Of a stretch of DNA of 64,000 nucleotides, positions 29,601-41,600 are shown piece by piece. The stretch comes from Felis catus. Lineage: Eukaryota. Location of the stretch: positions 21,082,001-21,146,000 of the forward strand of contig NC_058369.1 of NCBI RefSeq assembly GCF_018350175.1, in the 5' to 3' direction. The notes beneath the pieces were generated by a model. It saw nothing but the letters and a program-made list of their open reading frames with translations, had not been told where the DNA came from and made no database searches. How positions within the stretch are numbered: the stretch's first letter is position 1; every line of letters begins with the position of its first letter. Position numbers and translations under genes: made by a program.

Positions 29601-32600
29601 TAAGCTTTTCAGTTATTTCGCAATCATTTAAAGCTGTATGAACTGAAGCCCGTTTTAATGCAAGTTCACTTCCACATACTAAATATGCTGAAGCCCTTCC
29701 TGAAATTTTGCAATGATTGTGTTGCGTGAGGGCCAAGTGTGGTGCTCAACAGATGTTCTTACATAGGAAGTCCTTGTTCCCGAAGCCTCGGAATTTGATG
29801 AGTGGGAGCCAGAAGGCACGACCCTGGAAGGCCCTGTGACTGCTGTCATCCCCACATGGCAAGCACTGACTACTCTAGACCTGAGCCACAACAGCATCTC
29901 CAACATCGACGAGTCTGTGGTATGCTCTCAGTAGCAGGCACCAGGGGCTTCTCTGGCCTGATCAAATCCTGAGGTTGAGTATTTGACTTGGCCTCTTCTA
30001 GAAGGACCATGGAAAACCTGTATCCAGTGCTCTGTGCGTTGCTTGCAGTTTTTAAAGTTAATTTCAAAGTGGGGTTAATTAAAATAGGTGAGGTAGTGGA
30101 TAGAGCCAAATGAATCCTACTGATTACATGCACATTTGATATAGAAACACAGTACGTGAAGGAATTTATACCCAGGGGGTAGAGTGGAAAAATCCATGTG
30201 CCTGTATAAGAGTGACATCCAGATGATATTTGGGCATTAGGAGACTAATTCCTGTATTTGTGCCTTTTGGTGGGGTTGGGCAGGGTTGTAGAAGAGGGAT
30301 GGGCTTCCTTCCCTGTCTGGGACCTTGCATTTGTCATTTTTACAAGCCAAGTGTCCTATAAAAACAGTGGGTCATATTCAACACTGGAGGCCCAGTGTAC
30401 TCCTGGGATGTGCTGCTGGGTGGGCACTGGAAGGGGTCACATCAGCAGCCCTGCAGAAGTGTCCAGCTGAGGGATCCGTGGTCAAGAGGAAGCATCCCAC
30501 CAGGTGCAAGGGCCACCTAGGATCCCGCCTCCCAGAGTAACCTCGAGTATCTCTTTTGTTTCACAAGAAACTGATTCCAAAGATTGAGTTCCTGGACCTG
30601 AGTCACAATGGAGTGCTGGTCGTGGACAACCTGCAGGTAATTCATGTCTTTTAAGGACCACCACCTGTGGGCGTCTCAAGGTCCCATTCTCCTGAGAGTT
30701 CAGGAGGCTGATGCAGCCTTGGGAGTTTGGCCATATCCTGGGGTTTTCTCTCATAGGCACCCCAAAGATGTCTGGGTGCACTAGAGGTTTACAGACCCAG
30801 GGGCTGCTAGTGTTTCTTTAGGGTCTCAGTGATGCACTGGGCGATTGTTGCTCTAGTTTCAAAGAATGGGAGAAGGTATGGAAATATAACTCAAGCATGG
30901 TGAAGATGATATGCCTCCATCACAGCGATGGACAGCGCCTGCCCTGTGGGCCGTGATGCCTCTTTGGGGGTGCCACTGGGCCATGGTGCGTGCATGAGGG
31001 CAGGGGGATTCCCTTGCCAATAACTGTCCAAGGGAAGTGGGCGTTTGAGGGTGGAAGGCCTGCTGCACCTTTAGTGGCAGCCTGCTTTCTTGGGAGCCTC
31101 GACTTGAACCATTGTACCCTGTTTTCTATGCTGCTGCAGCACCTGTACAACCTCGTGCACCTGGACCTATCCTACAACAAGCTCTCCTCCTTGGAAGGGG
31201 TTCACACCAAACTGGGGAACATCAAGACCCTGAACCTGGCGGGCAATCTCCTGGAGAGTCTGAGTGGCCTGCATAAGCTCTATTCCCTGGTCAACCTGGA
31301 TCTCCGTGACAACAGGATCGAGCAGGTGAGCCACAGCACAGAAGGATCTCAGGGTTCTGGGATGGCTGTGCCTTGGTATTTGTCACTTTAAAGAAGAGTG
31401 GAGGCCGGGCACACCTGGGTGGCTCAGTCGGTTAAGCAACCGACATCGCCTCAGGTCACAATCTCGTGGTTCATGGATTCGAGCCCCACATTGGGCTCTG
31501 TGCTGACAGCTCAAAGCCTGGAGCCTGCTTCAGATTCTGTGACTCCCTCTCTCTGCCCCTTCCCTGCTCGTCCTCTCTCTCTCTTTTGCAAAAATAAATA
31601 AATATTTAACAAATAAATGAAGAAAGAAGAGCGGGAAGCTGCCTTTCACTGCCAAGAGGCCATCAGACAGACGTGTTGCCCTGTTGGTGAAGCATTCAAA
31701 ACAGGGATGATGGCAGGGAACTCGTATCTTACAGATGGAGGAGGTCAAGAGCATTGGCAGCCTCCCGTGTCTGGAGCACGTGGCTCTACTGAACAACCCT
31801 CTGAGCATCATTCCTGACTACCGGACCAAGGTGCTAGCTCAGTTTGGAGAGAGGGCCTCCGAGGTAAGCTGCTGGGGTAGGTCGGCTCTGTCAGAGAGAC
31901 AGTCTGGATGGAGTCTGGCTTTTCACAGGCAGCACTGGAGGTGATGTCCACCGTTTTATGCCTGCTTGCTTCGGAATGACATCTGGTCCTTAAGGGTCTT
32001 TTAGTTCTGGGAATTCTGCTGCCTCCTCAGGAAGAGGCTTTCTTCTTCTATGGGGACGTCAGCTGCCGTGGTTCCCACTAGCTTCCCTCATGTCCTCTCT
32101 GTCAGAGCTTCAGGCCAGGAAGACTCCCCGTGAACCAACAAGCACAGAGTGAGGGTGGAAGGACTGTCTTCAACTTGTTAAAAAGTCAGACTGTTTTTTG
32201 TGGGCTACAAACATAAAGGGTTTGCCCACCTTTGCCAGTATAGTCTAGCACAGTGTCTGCTGCCTGCTGAGTGTAATCTGGCCACCTGCCACCATGCCAA
32301 CTGGACAGATCCTTAGCCGGATTCACCCGTCTTTCCGGCCTCAAGCAGGCCCCGCCCCCTTCTCCCCAAATCCCGGGCCAGAAGATACCTGGGTGTCTTC
32401 ATCCTTCCCCCACCACCCTCCTCATCTCTTTTCAGCCCGGTGCCCCTTTCTTCGCACCGTCACCAAGACCATGTTCACAGGATGTCCTCCTCCTACCCTC
32501 CCAGGCTGCATGGTGTGGCGTCAGCTCCTCCCGCAGGTCCTTGGGACCATCCTTCATTCGAGCACACTGCCACCCCTCACTGTTTGCCAGCCACAGTGTC

Positions 32601-35600
32601 CTCCTCTATTGGCGGGTGGGGGTCCTTGCTCTTCTGCCTGTTCCCCCGCCCAGCAGCCCTCCCCTTGCTCTTCACTGATCTGAGTTTTGCCATAACTGGG
32701 GGCTTGGTTCAGGTCGCTGCCCCCACGCCCAACCACCCAAGAGGTCTTCACAGTGGATCCTGCACCCTCCTCTTCTCAGAGAGGGACTCCAAGAAATGGA
32801 CGAGGTGGTGTGGGAGCTCCCAGGTCATTTCCATGGGTGGCGAAGGGCTCACCTGCCAGGGGGCAGAGCCTCCCTTGGCCTCCTGTGTCCTATTGGGACC
32901 TGGCCCACACCTCAGCAGGGCCCCTGCCACTCTGCCCCCCTCAGCCCCTATGCTGACTCCATTCTCTGACCTCTGTAGGTCTGTCTGGACAACACGGCAA
33001 CCACAGAGAAGGAGCTGGACACCGTGGAAGTGCTAAAAGCAATTCAGAAAGCCAAGGAGGTCAAGTCAAAGTTGAACAACCCAGAGAAGAAGGTGGGTCT
33101 TTATGTGGGAGGTGACAGGAGTGATGGTGAAGAGCCAGCTGAGGAAGGAGCTGGCTCACTGTGGAACCAGGCTGTAGAGTGCTCAGGTCCACTGCATCTC
33201 AGCTGTGCCTCTCCATGTCCTAGCTGCTTGACCTTGGGCAAGCCACACCCCCTCTCCTCACCTGTGCAAGGAGGGTGGTGGCAGCACCTGCCACATCGGG
33301 TTGCTGCGGACTAGGCCGGACCGCCTGCACCATCACCACGCTTGTGAGAGCTGGGAGTTCCTCTCTCCTCCCCACTGACTATGCCGGGTTCTGTGCTTTC
33401 TGATCTTTCTCTCCTCTCCCGGGCTGACTTGAGCACTCCTCCTCAGATCGGTGAGGATTCCCGGCTCTCAGCTGCCTCCTGTGTCCGGCCCAGTGGCTCC
33501 CCTCCCAGCGTGGCTCCCACCTCTGCCTCCCTGCCCCAGCCCATCCTCTCCAATCAAGGTAATTGTATATGTGTCTTTCCACCTGGCAGAGTCACACAGG
33601 TCCTGCTTGGGCCTCCTGGCTGGGGTTGGGGCTGATGCCGGCACCTGCTCCCTGCAGGGTTCAGACACAGGGAGGGCATGGTGCTATCTACAGGCTAGCA
33701 CCTCTTGGGGTGGCACAGAGTCGGGGGGGGGGTGCCAGCCTGAGTTCAGTTGTTTGCTTAGCTAGTACCCCCCGGTTGGTCTGAACGCCCACATCGCAGT
33801 TCCTGTAGAATCCCATGGGTTTCTGATGGGGCCAGGGGGCTGCCCTTTGAACAGGCTCGGGGCGGCTGCTCATAAGGACCCTAATTCCTGATAGGCATTG
33901 CGGGCAGATTGGTTCCTTGTTAACAGGAAGCCGGGCCCAGTGACTTTCTGGAATCGGGCACCCCGGCCCCTGTGTAGGGAACTTTCTTTTATTGTTTCCT
34001 CACCTCTGTGGTTCTCACGGTGTGATTCAGCCCCCAAACACTGCGTGTGTGGGGCCAACATGGGCTGTCTGTGGACCCATGGAAGACCAGTTCCCTTCAC
34101 CCGCCCACTGTCTTAGCGTTTTCAAAGGGCTTTCACCTCTGAACCCAGGCATCCTCGGAGATGAGTGAGTGAAGCAGGTCCCATGGGAGTGTCTGCTGGC
34201 CCGGCCCCCACGGAAGAGGGGAGGGTGTGCCGTCCCGAGTGGAGCCAAGGCTCGGGACACGCAGGAAAGAACGCCGCCCGCCCGGGCTCCTGGAGACGCA
34301 GAACTTGGTGTGAGGTCTTGGGAAAACAGTTTGACCCTATGTTTCAAGAGCCAGAAAAACGTTCCCACCCCTTGACCTGGTAACCCCGCTGGTGGGGATT
34401 TTATCTTAGCGGGTTAAGTTAATGGGGAAGGGGGGAGGCGAAAATTTACGCCAGCAAAACATGGGATGTGACAAGTGTCAGAGGATGCAAGGGAGATTGA
34501 GCTGTGGCACAAAATGCTCTGCCACCATGACATCAGAGAGAGGGGACCTGGGTCAGAAGAAAGGGGAAGTGCTCGAGTTAAATCAGAAAGCCCATGGCAG
34601 GGCAGCACACCAAGGTCATGACCGTGAGATTAGGGGAGAGAGTTCAGGAGAATGGAGTGGTGGTGTTAGGGGCCAGAGTGATTGTCAGTCTGCTTTTGTA
34701 ACACCCTTGACTGAGAAATTTTGGTTTTATTTTTTTACCTGAAAGGGAAGGGGGGTTTGTATCCCAGTGAAGAAGCTTTCCTGCCTCCTTCCCTGCCACT
34801 GGGCCAGGGCCCTCTTGGGGACTGCTGCCTCAAGCTGCCGTGTCACAGCACCGGCTGGCCTGCTGGCCTGCAGAGGAGCCGAGCCGTGTGACTAGGCTTT
34901 TTGGGGGCAGGGAGACACAACTGGTCCTTGAGGCTGGGAACCAGCCGGTTCTCGGTCAGTATGTTAAATCGACAAACGAGTGAGTGTGTGAATGAACAAG
35001 TGAGCAGAGAACCAGATAGTAAAGTGCAGACTGTGGGCAGGGGGATGTGAGGTGTCTGCCCCCAGAGCCACAGCTGCAGGCAACCCTTCCCCCACTGCCC
35101 CACCCTGGGGACATGCCACAGGGTGGCTCGCTGTAGTCTGCTCCCCCTTTCCCAGCTACCGGACATTTAGATGTTGTCTCCAGATTTGCACCTCTTATAA
35201 ATAAAACTGCAGTGGATGTCTTTGTGTGCACATCTCTTTCCTTTTTGTGAGAAACCACAGAATTCGGGCCCCATCTAGGCAATCTGATGCCGCTCGTCTC
35301 ATCCTCTGAGTGACCCTTCCTGACCACTTGTTTGTACAGTCCATGGTCCAGGAAGGAAGCAGAAAGACTGTCCCTGTCCACATTTCCTCAGTTCCAAACA
35401 GGGTGTGGGTGGGTAGTGGCAAGAAAACGTTTTTTCTCACTAAGGTGGAGAAATGTTTGTGTTCAGCTATGCGCTGCCCGTCTAGGGTCTTGCCTGGACG
35501 GGTCGGGGTTTTCCCCTAAGGGAGCAGTTATGCTCCCAGCCTGCTGCCACCTGTAGAGGTGAATATACTTGTGAATAAACTGGGTGCTCTCCAGTTAACA

Positions 35601-38600
35601 CCAGGCCTCTGGTTATCTCAGGAGCTGTTAGCCAGCTTGTTGGAGCCATGGAGGATTGGGACCAGTAGGGGCTGACGTGTGAAATGCCAGAGTTGATTCT
35701 TCAGCCAGGTCTGTAGAGAAGTGGTTAGGAGCAGGCACCTGGGAGGCAGTCGGCTCAGTTTGCATCCCGGCTTCCCTGGCCGTGTTCCTTCAAGCAACTT
35801 GCATCCTCTCTGAAGTTCTGTTTTCTCAACTGTAAAGTGGATACACCCTACTTCATCGATTCTAAGATGCACCCGTTTCCACCTTGTGACTTGTCTGAAA
35901 TTGAGATGCGTCTTTCAATCAGTGGCGTCTCATAGTCGCTGTCAGCCAGCTGGTATTCGTGATGGAGTCGTGTGAAAGCCTTCCGTGGACACCTGCTAAG
36001 ACCAAGATGGCGCCCCACCCACGCATCTTAGATTTGATGAACTGTGGTAAATAACGAGAGGTGCGCATGAGCTAATGCTGGGGGAGCGCTTAACACTGCT
36101 CCTGGCTCACCAGAAATGGTCAGTAAGGGCTTCCCTTCCCTGCATCCTTATCAGAGGTTTCCAGATGACCAGGACAGTGCCCCTGAGGAATGTGGAGTCT
36201 CTTGGGGAGGTGAGCTTGTGTACCCAAGGGAGAACAGGGGAGAACGATGTGGGGGCACTTGTAGAAGGGAGAGCCATGTCTAGAGCAGAGGGCTTTGCAG
36301 TGGAGGTTAGTATGTGAGGTGAACCTCAGAGGATGGCAGAATCTGAGCGAGCGAGTGAGGGAGGGGAGGGGTGGACTCCAGGAGAGAACAGTGTGCTTCA
36401 TGCATGGCTGTGTGCTGCTGCCTTCCTGCCTGCATAGCGCCTGCTGCTTTGCTTTTGGGGGGTGTCTGGGTTTGGGCTGCTGGCCTGGCTAGCTCATGGG
36501 CAACGACCTGGGCGGCATGAGTTGTCCTGTCCCTGGGGGGCAGCTGAGCTGGACGAGGGTCCGTGACCTCTGGAGCTCAATCATTTCATCGAACCATGGT
36601 GACTAGTGGCAGAGCCAGGCTGTGGAGGCAAGCCCTAAGCTCCTCCAAACCTCTGCAAAACTGGGGTCGGTGCTCAGTATTGTCCTCACCAGCTGCATTT
36701 AGGAAAATGTTTTAAAGAGTCTTTATCCTCCTCCAATGTAGAAGACGTTCGGAGTGAAGGAACAGGCCTGGACATGCTGTGTTCATAAAACAGCCTCAGC
36801 AGGGTTTTAAGAGCGCTGTGTGTTTCTGGGGTGCATGAGTCAGTTTGCTGTCCATGTGGAGGTAGCCTAAGGGAGGGTCAGTGGGGGGTGTCCTGTGGAA
36901 AACAGGCCATGGGTGCCAAGCACGGATTGTCCTTGCCAGCCACGGAAGAAAACAGCCTGGAAGAAGGCCTGGTCGAATGAGGGGATCTGAGCCCTTATGT
37001 GTCTGTGAAGCTCAGCGGAGATGTCATGTTACTGGGGGGGATGGGGCCAACTTCAGTCATTTCCCTAGAAAGAGGCTCTAGGAGTGAACACGTTTCAGGC
37101 TCTTGACGGACATACTGCCAAACTGCTCTCCCAGCGGGCAGGCCAGCTCATGCCCCACTGCCCACCTCTGCCCAGTTAGGCCAAATCCAGGCCATGCAGT
37201 CAGTCAGACTCTTGCCAACGTGAGGCGAAACAGAGGTCGTGTTCCAGCTTGCCCTTCTGTGGTTCCCTGTGAGAGGGTGCATCGCTTCCTGCGTTCTTTC
37301 TGGCGGCCATTCCTTTGTGGGATGTCTCTTCATCCTGTGGTCTCCTAACGGGGTTTCCAGCTTTCCCCTCCCATTTTTGATCTGGAAGAGCCTTTTATAG
37401 ATTAAAGACACACACCTTTATCAAGTACTGCAAGTACTTTTTTCTCATTTCATTTCACTTTGTTATATCTTAGTTTTCTTACAGAAGTTTGGTTGTTACA
37501 TAGTCACACATGTATCAATTTTTTCCTTTGGGTTTAGGTTTAGAAAGTCTGTCCCTGCCCTGAGGTTAGATAAACAGTCATTTGTTCTTTCTTAGAGTTT
37601 TTTTAAAGATTTCCATTTTTAATGTTTTCTTCTGTGATCCATGCGGCTGGGGTAGGGGGTCTGAAAAGGCCCCAGTCAATGCCGATAGCCTGAGGGCCCA
37701 GCCCTGTGTGTTGAATGGCTACTTTCCCTGCCTGCCCTGCCCGCCTGCCCCTGGTCTCTCCAGGAATCATGTTCGTGCAAGAGGAGGCCCTGGCCAGCAG
37801 CCTCTCATCCACCGACAGTCTGACTCCTGAAGACCGGCCCATTGCCCGGGGATGCTCTGATTCCTTAGAGTCCATCCCTGCAGGACAGGTAACACCCTCC
37901 TCCTGCTGCCAGGGCTTGGTTATCTCTGTGGACCACCTCTTCTGCCTGGGGCTGTCCGGAAGTAGGATGTGCCTTGGCTGGAAGTAGGAGGTGGTCTGGC
38001 TGGAGTTGGGGCAGATGCTGTCTCTGCTTGGTCCACTGTGCTTTATGATGAACGGTTTATATTCCCTGTCTGTCGTCTGTCTGTCCGTCTGTCTCTCAGG
38101 GCTAATAGGAACAGGCAGTTCTCTCTCACTATGTCCTGGGGGACAAAGCCAGTTGGTCCTTAGCCCCTGTGAGTGGACTCTCCTGCGAAAGGCAGTTCAG
38201 AAGGCCCTAAGTGGGGATTGTTTGGGTCCTACACCCATCAGGAAGAGCTTCCCTCTCCCCTGTTGCCTGGTGTCCTGGGCTATTCTGCCTGCTCCTGCCT
38301 GTTATCCTAGCAGTCTGGGACACACTGTGACTCCAGCACCTCCTCTGTGGCTATAGCTGAGGGTTCTGGAACTTCTCCCTGAGTCCTGGGAAGAGAGGAG
38401 GACGGCCAGTGTGATGTGATAGTCTCGTGTGTGGGGAGTGTGCTTGGTACCTGGGCCTCCATCCAACCCCAGCTGTGTTCAGCAGTCCAGAGTCATGGTC
38501 CTGTGACCCTGGGCAGTCTGTGGGGTCCTCGCTCTGTCCCCACACTTCTTGGCACTCTTCCCGTCACTCTCCCCAGGGTCACACAATAGGAGGTCCTGGG

Positions 38601-41600
38601 CCTTCGGTCCTCCACACTGCCCAGAGACCATTGGGAGTGCCGTGCCAGGTGCTGCCTAGCCTCTTTTCATCGAGTCCTCTCCTGGCCAGTTGCCAGATTG
38701 GTAGACTGACCATGTGGAGCCTCTCGGGTGGCATGAGGAGCACTTAGATGCCAGACCTAGAGGCGCATGCTGAGTTGTGGTATGGGGGCGTGGGCTGGGG
38801 TCAGACACATGGGCAGGGATCTCAGCCCTGCTGTACACTGGTCGGGTAACTGGATGAGTCTCTGCCTTTCTGGGCCCCAGAATCCATCCCCGAGGGAAGC
38901 GGGATGGTGAGGGGCAGGGGGTGCCTGGCTCAGGGTCAGGCACCCAGTAAATGCCAGGGAATGGCTGTGGCAAGTAGGGGGCTCACTTCGTGTCCTTCTC
39001 TGTCAGGCACCTTCTGATGATTTACGGGACGTGCCAGGAGCTGTTGGTGGTGTGAGGTAAGGAAGAGGTTGAGAAGGCATTCTAGGCCTCCTGCACGTGC
39101 CCAGCTGTGGGCTAGTGGGAACCAGTTGGATTTTGTTAAGGATCTGTTCATAGGAGTCCTTCAAAACTGTTTCTTCCTTTAAATAAGCACCAATGAGGTG
39201 GGCTGTGGTCTGTTTCCAAATGCTAATCCCTGAAGTTGGCTTGACACGTTATCCCATACTAGGGGTCAGCAGGTTAAGGACGATCTGGTCCACAGCCTAT
39301 TTTATTTTTTACAGCCTGTGTGAGCTAAGAATGATTGTTCTATTCTTAAGCCACTGTTAAAAAAAGAATATGTAGGTGGGGTGGCCCCCAAAACCTGAAG
39401 TGTTTACTTTCTGACCTTTTATAGAAGTTTCCCAATGCGATTCTCTATATGCTTTTGCATAAGGGGAGCAGTGGCCAAGAGGAGCTAGAATTTAAATGTG
39501 GAAAGTCCAAAGACCCACCTAGCTTACTGCCTGACTCCCATCCCAGAGGCTCCTGGGTGCCCCTGAAGGGAACTGTTGTCAACCAGTGACTTCAGGCCCT
39601 TTAGCTCTCGTCTTTGGGGCTCACGGCCAGCGTCTGAATGACCGAGAAGTCTTTGTGGTGCTTCTGTTGGGGGATCCTGCGTGGTGTGGGTAGGACAGTG
39701 CTGGTGCCTGTGGGCCGAGTCCTGGGAGTATGGGCTGTCACTGAACTGGCAGTCCCAGCCTTCTAGCACCTTGGCTCCCCACTGGGACGCTTATTGTGGG
39801 CTCGGGACAGGTTCAGCTGTTTAGAAGGCTTGGGAGACCCTTGAGGCCAGGGTGCAGCAGAAGGTTGTGTGTGTGGGTGGTAGGGATGGCCCAGCACAAC
39901 ATACCGTTTACCTGGCCTCTCCCCACACAGCCTGGAGCATGCAGAGCCAGAGGTCCAGGTGGTGCCTGGGTCCGGCCAGATCATCTTCCTGCCCTTCACC
40001 TGTATTGGCTACACGGCCACCAACCAGGACTTCATCCAGCGCCTGAGCACACTCATCCGGCAGGCCATTGAGCGACAGCTGCCTGCCTGGATTGAGGCTG
40101 CCAACCAGCGGGAGGAGGGCCAGGGCGAGCAGGGCGAGGATGAGGACGATGAGGAGGATGTTGCTGAGAACCGCTACTTTGAAATGGGGCCCCCGGATGT
40201 GGAGGAAGAGGAAGAAGGTGGCCAGGGGGAGGAAGAGGAGGAGGAGGAGGAGGAGGAGGAGGGCGAGGAGGAGCGCCTGGCTCTGGAGTGGGCCCTAGGT
40301 GCAGACGAGGACTTTCTGCTGGAGCACATCCGCATCCTCAAGGTGCTCTGGTGCTTCCTGATCCACGTGCAGGGCAGCATCCGCCAGTTCGCCGCCTGCC
40401 TTGTGCTCACCGATTTTGGCATCGCCGTCTTCGAGATCCCACACCAGGAGTCGCGGGGCAGCAGCCAGCATATCCTCTCGTCCCTGCGCTTCGTCTTCTG
40501 CTTCCCCCACGGTGATCTCACAGAGTTCGGCTTCCTCATGCCGGAGCTCTGCCTGGTGCTCAAGGTGCGGCACAGCGAGAACACGCTGTTCATCATCTCG
40601 GATGCCACCAACCTGCACGAGTTCCATGCTGACCTGCGCTCGTGCTTCGCCCCACAGCACATGGCCATGCTGTGCAGCCCCGTGCTCTATGGCAGCCACA
40701 CCAGCCTGCAGGAGTTCCTCCGCCAGCTGCTCACCTTCTACAAGGTGGCGGGTGGCGGCCAGGAGCACAGCCAGGGCTGCTTCCCCGTCTACCTGGTCTA
40801 CAGCGACAAGCGCATGGTACAGACGGCCGCCGGGGACTACTCGGGCAACATCGAGTGGGCCAGCTGCACGCTCTGCTCAGCTGTGCGGCGCTCCTGCTGC
40901 GCACCCTCCGAGGCCGTCAAATCGGCTGCCATCCCCTACTGGCTGCTGCTCACGCCCCAGCACCTCAACGTCATCAAGGCCGACTTCAACCCCATGCCCA
41001 ACCGCGGCACCCACAACTGTCGCAACCGCAACAGCTTCAAGCTCAGCCGCGTGCCACTATCCACGGTGCTGCTGGACCCCACACGCAGCTGCACCCAGCC
41101 GCGGGGTGCCTTCGCAGATGGCCATGTGCTCGAGCTGCTCGTGGGCTACCGCTTTGTCACTGCCATCTTTGTGCTGCCCCATGAGAAGTTCCACTTCCTG
41201 CGTATCTACAACCAGCTGCGGGCCTCGCTGCAGGACCTAAAGACCGTGGTCATCGCCAAGAGCCCCGCGACCGGGGCCCCGTCCCAGAGGCCCCTCGTGG
41301 ATGGCCAGCCTGCCGAGGGCAGGGCCAGGTGAGACTGAGCACGGGCTCTTGGGGGAAAGTTGTGGGGGGGACCGTTTCTGAGACCGTTCGCCCCAAATCA
41401 CATCTCTGAGCATCTGCGTGAGTGGGCCCAGGGTGGGCCCGGCTCCTCTGCTCCTCTTTGACTTCTGACCAGCCTCAGAACTGCTCTTGGCTGCCTCTGA
41501 CACCCAGTACCAAGCCTTACCCTGGTGGTAAGCCATATACCCCTCTCCGGGAGAACTGGTCTGCTGAGGGGCTCTTTCTCTGTGTACCATTCTGTAAATT

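Noticed and set aside
40401..41240. 279-aa alternative-frame ORF and antisense ORFs over NISCH exon 16
   Set aside because: Expected shadow of high GC3 codon usage; no credible start; Ser/Cys/Ala-rich without domain character
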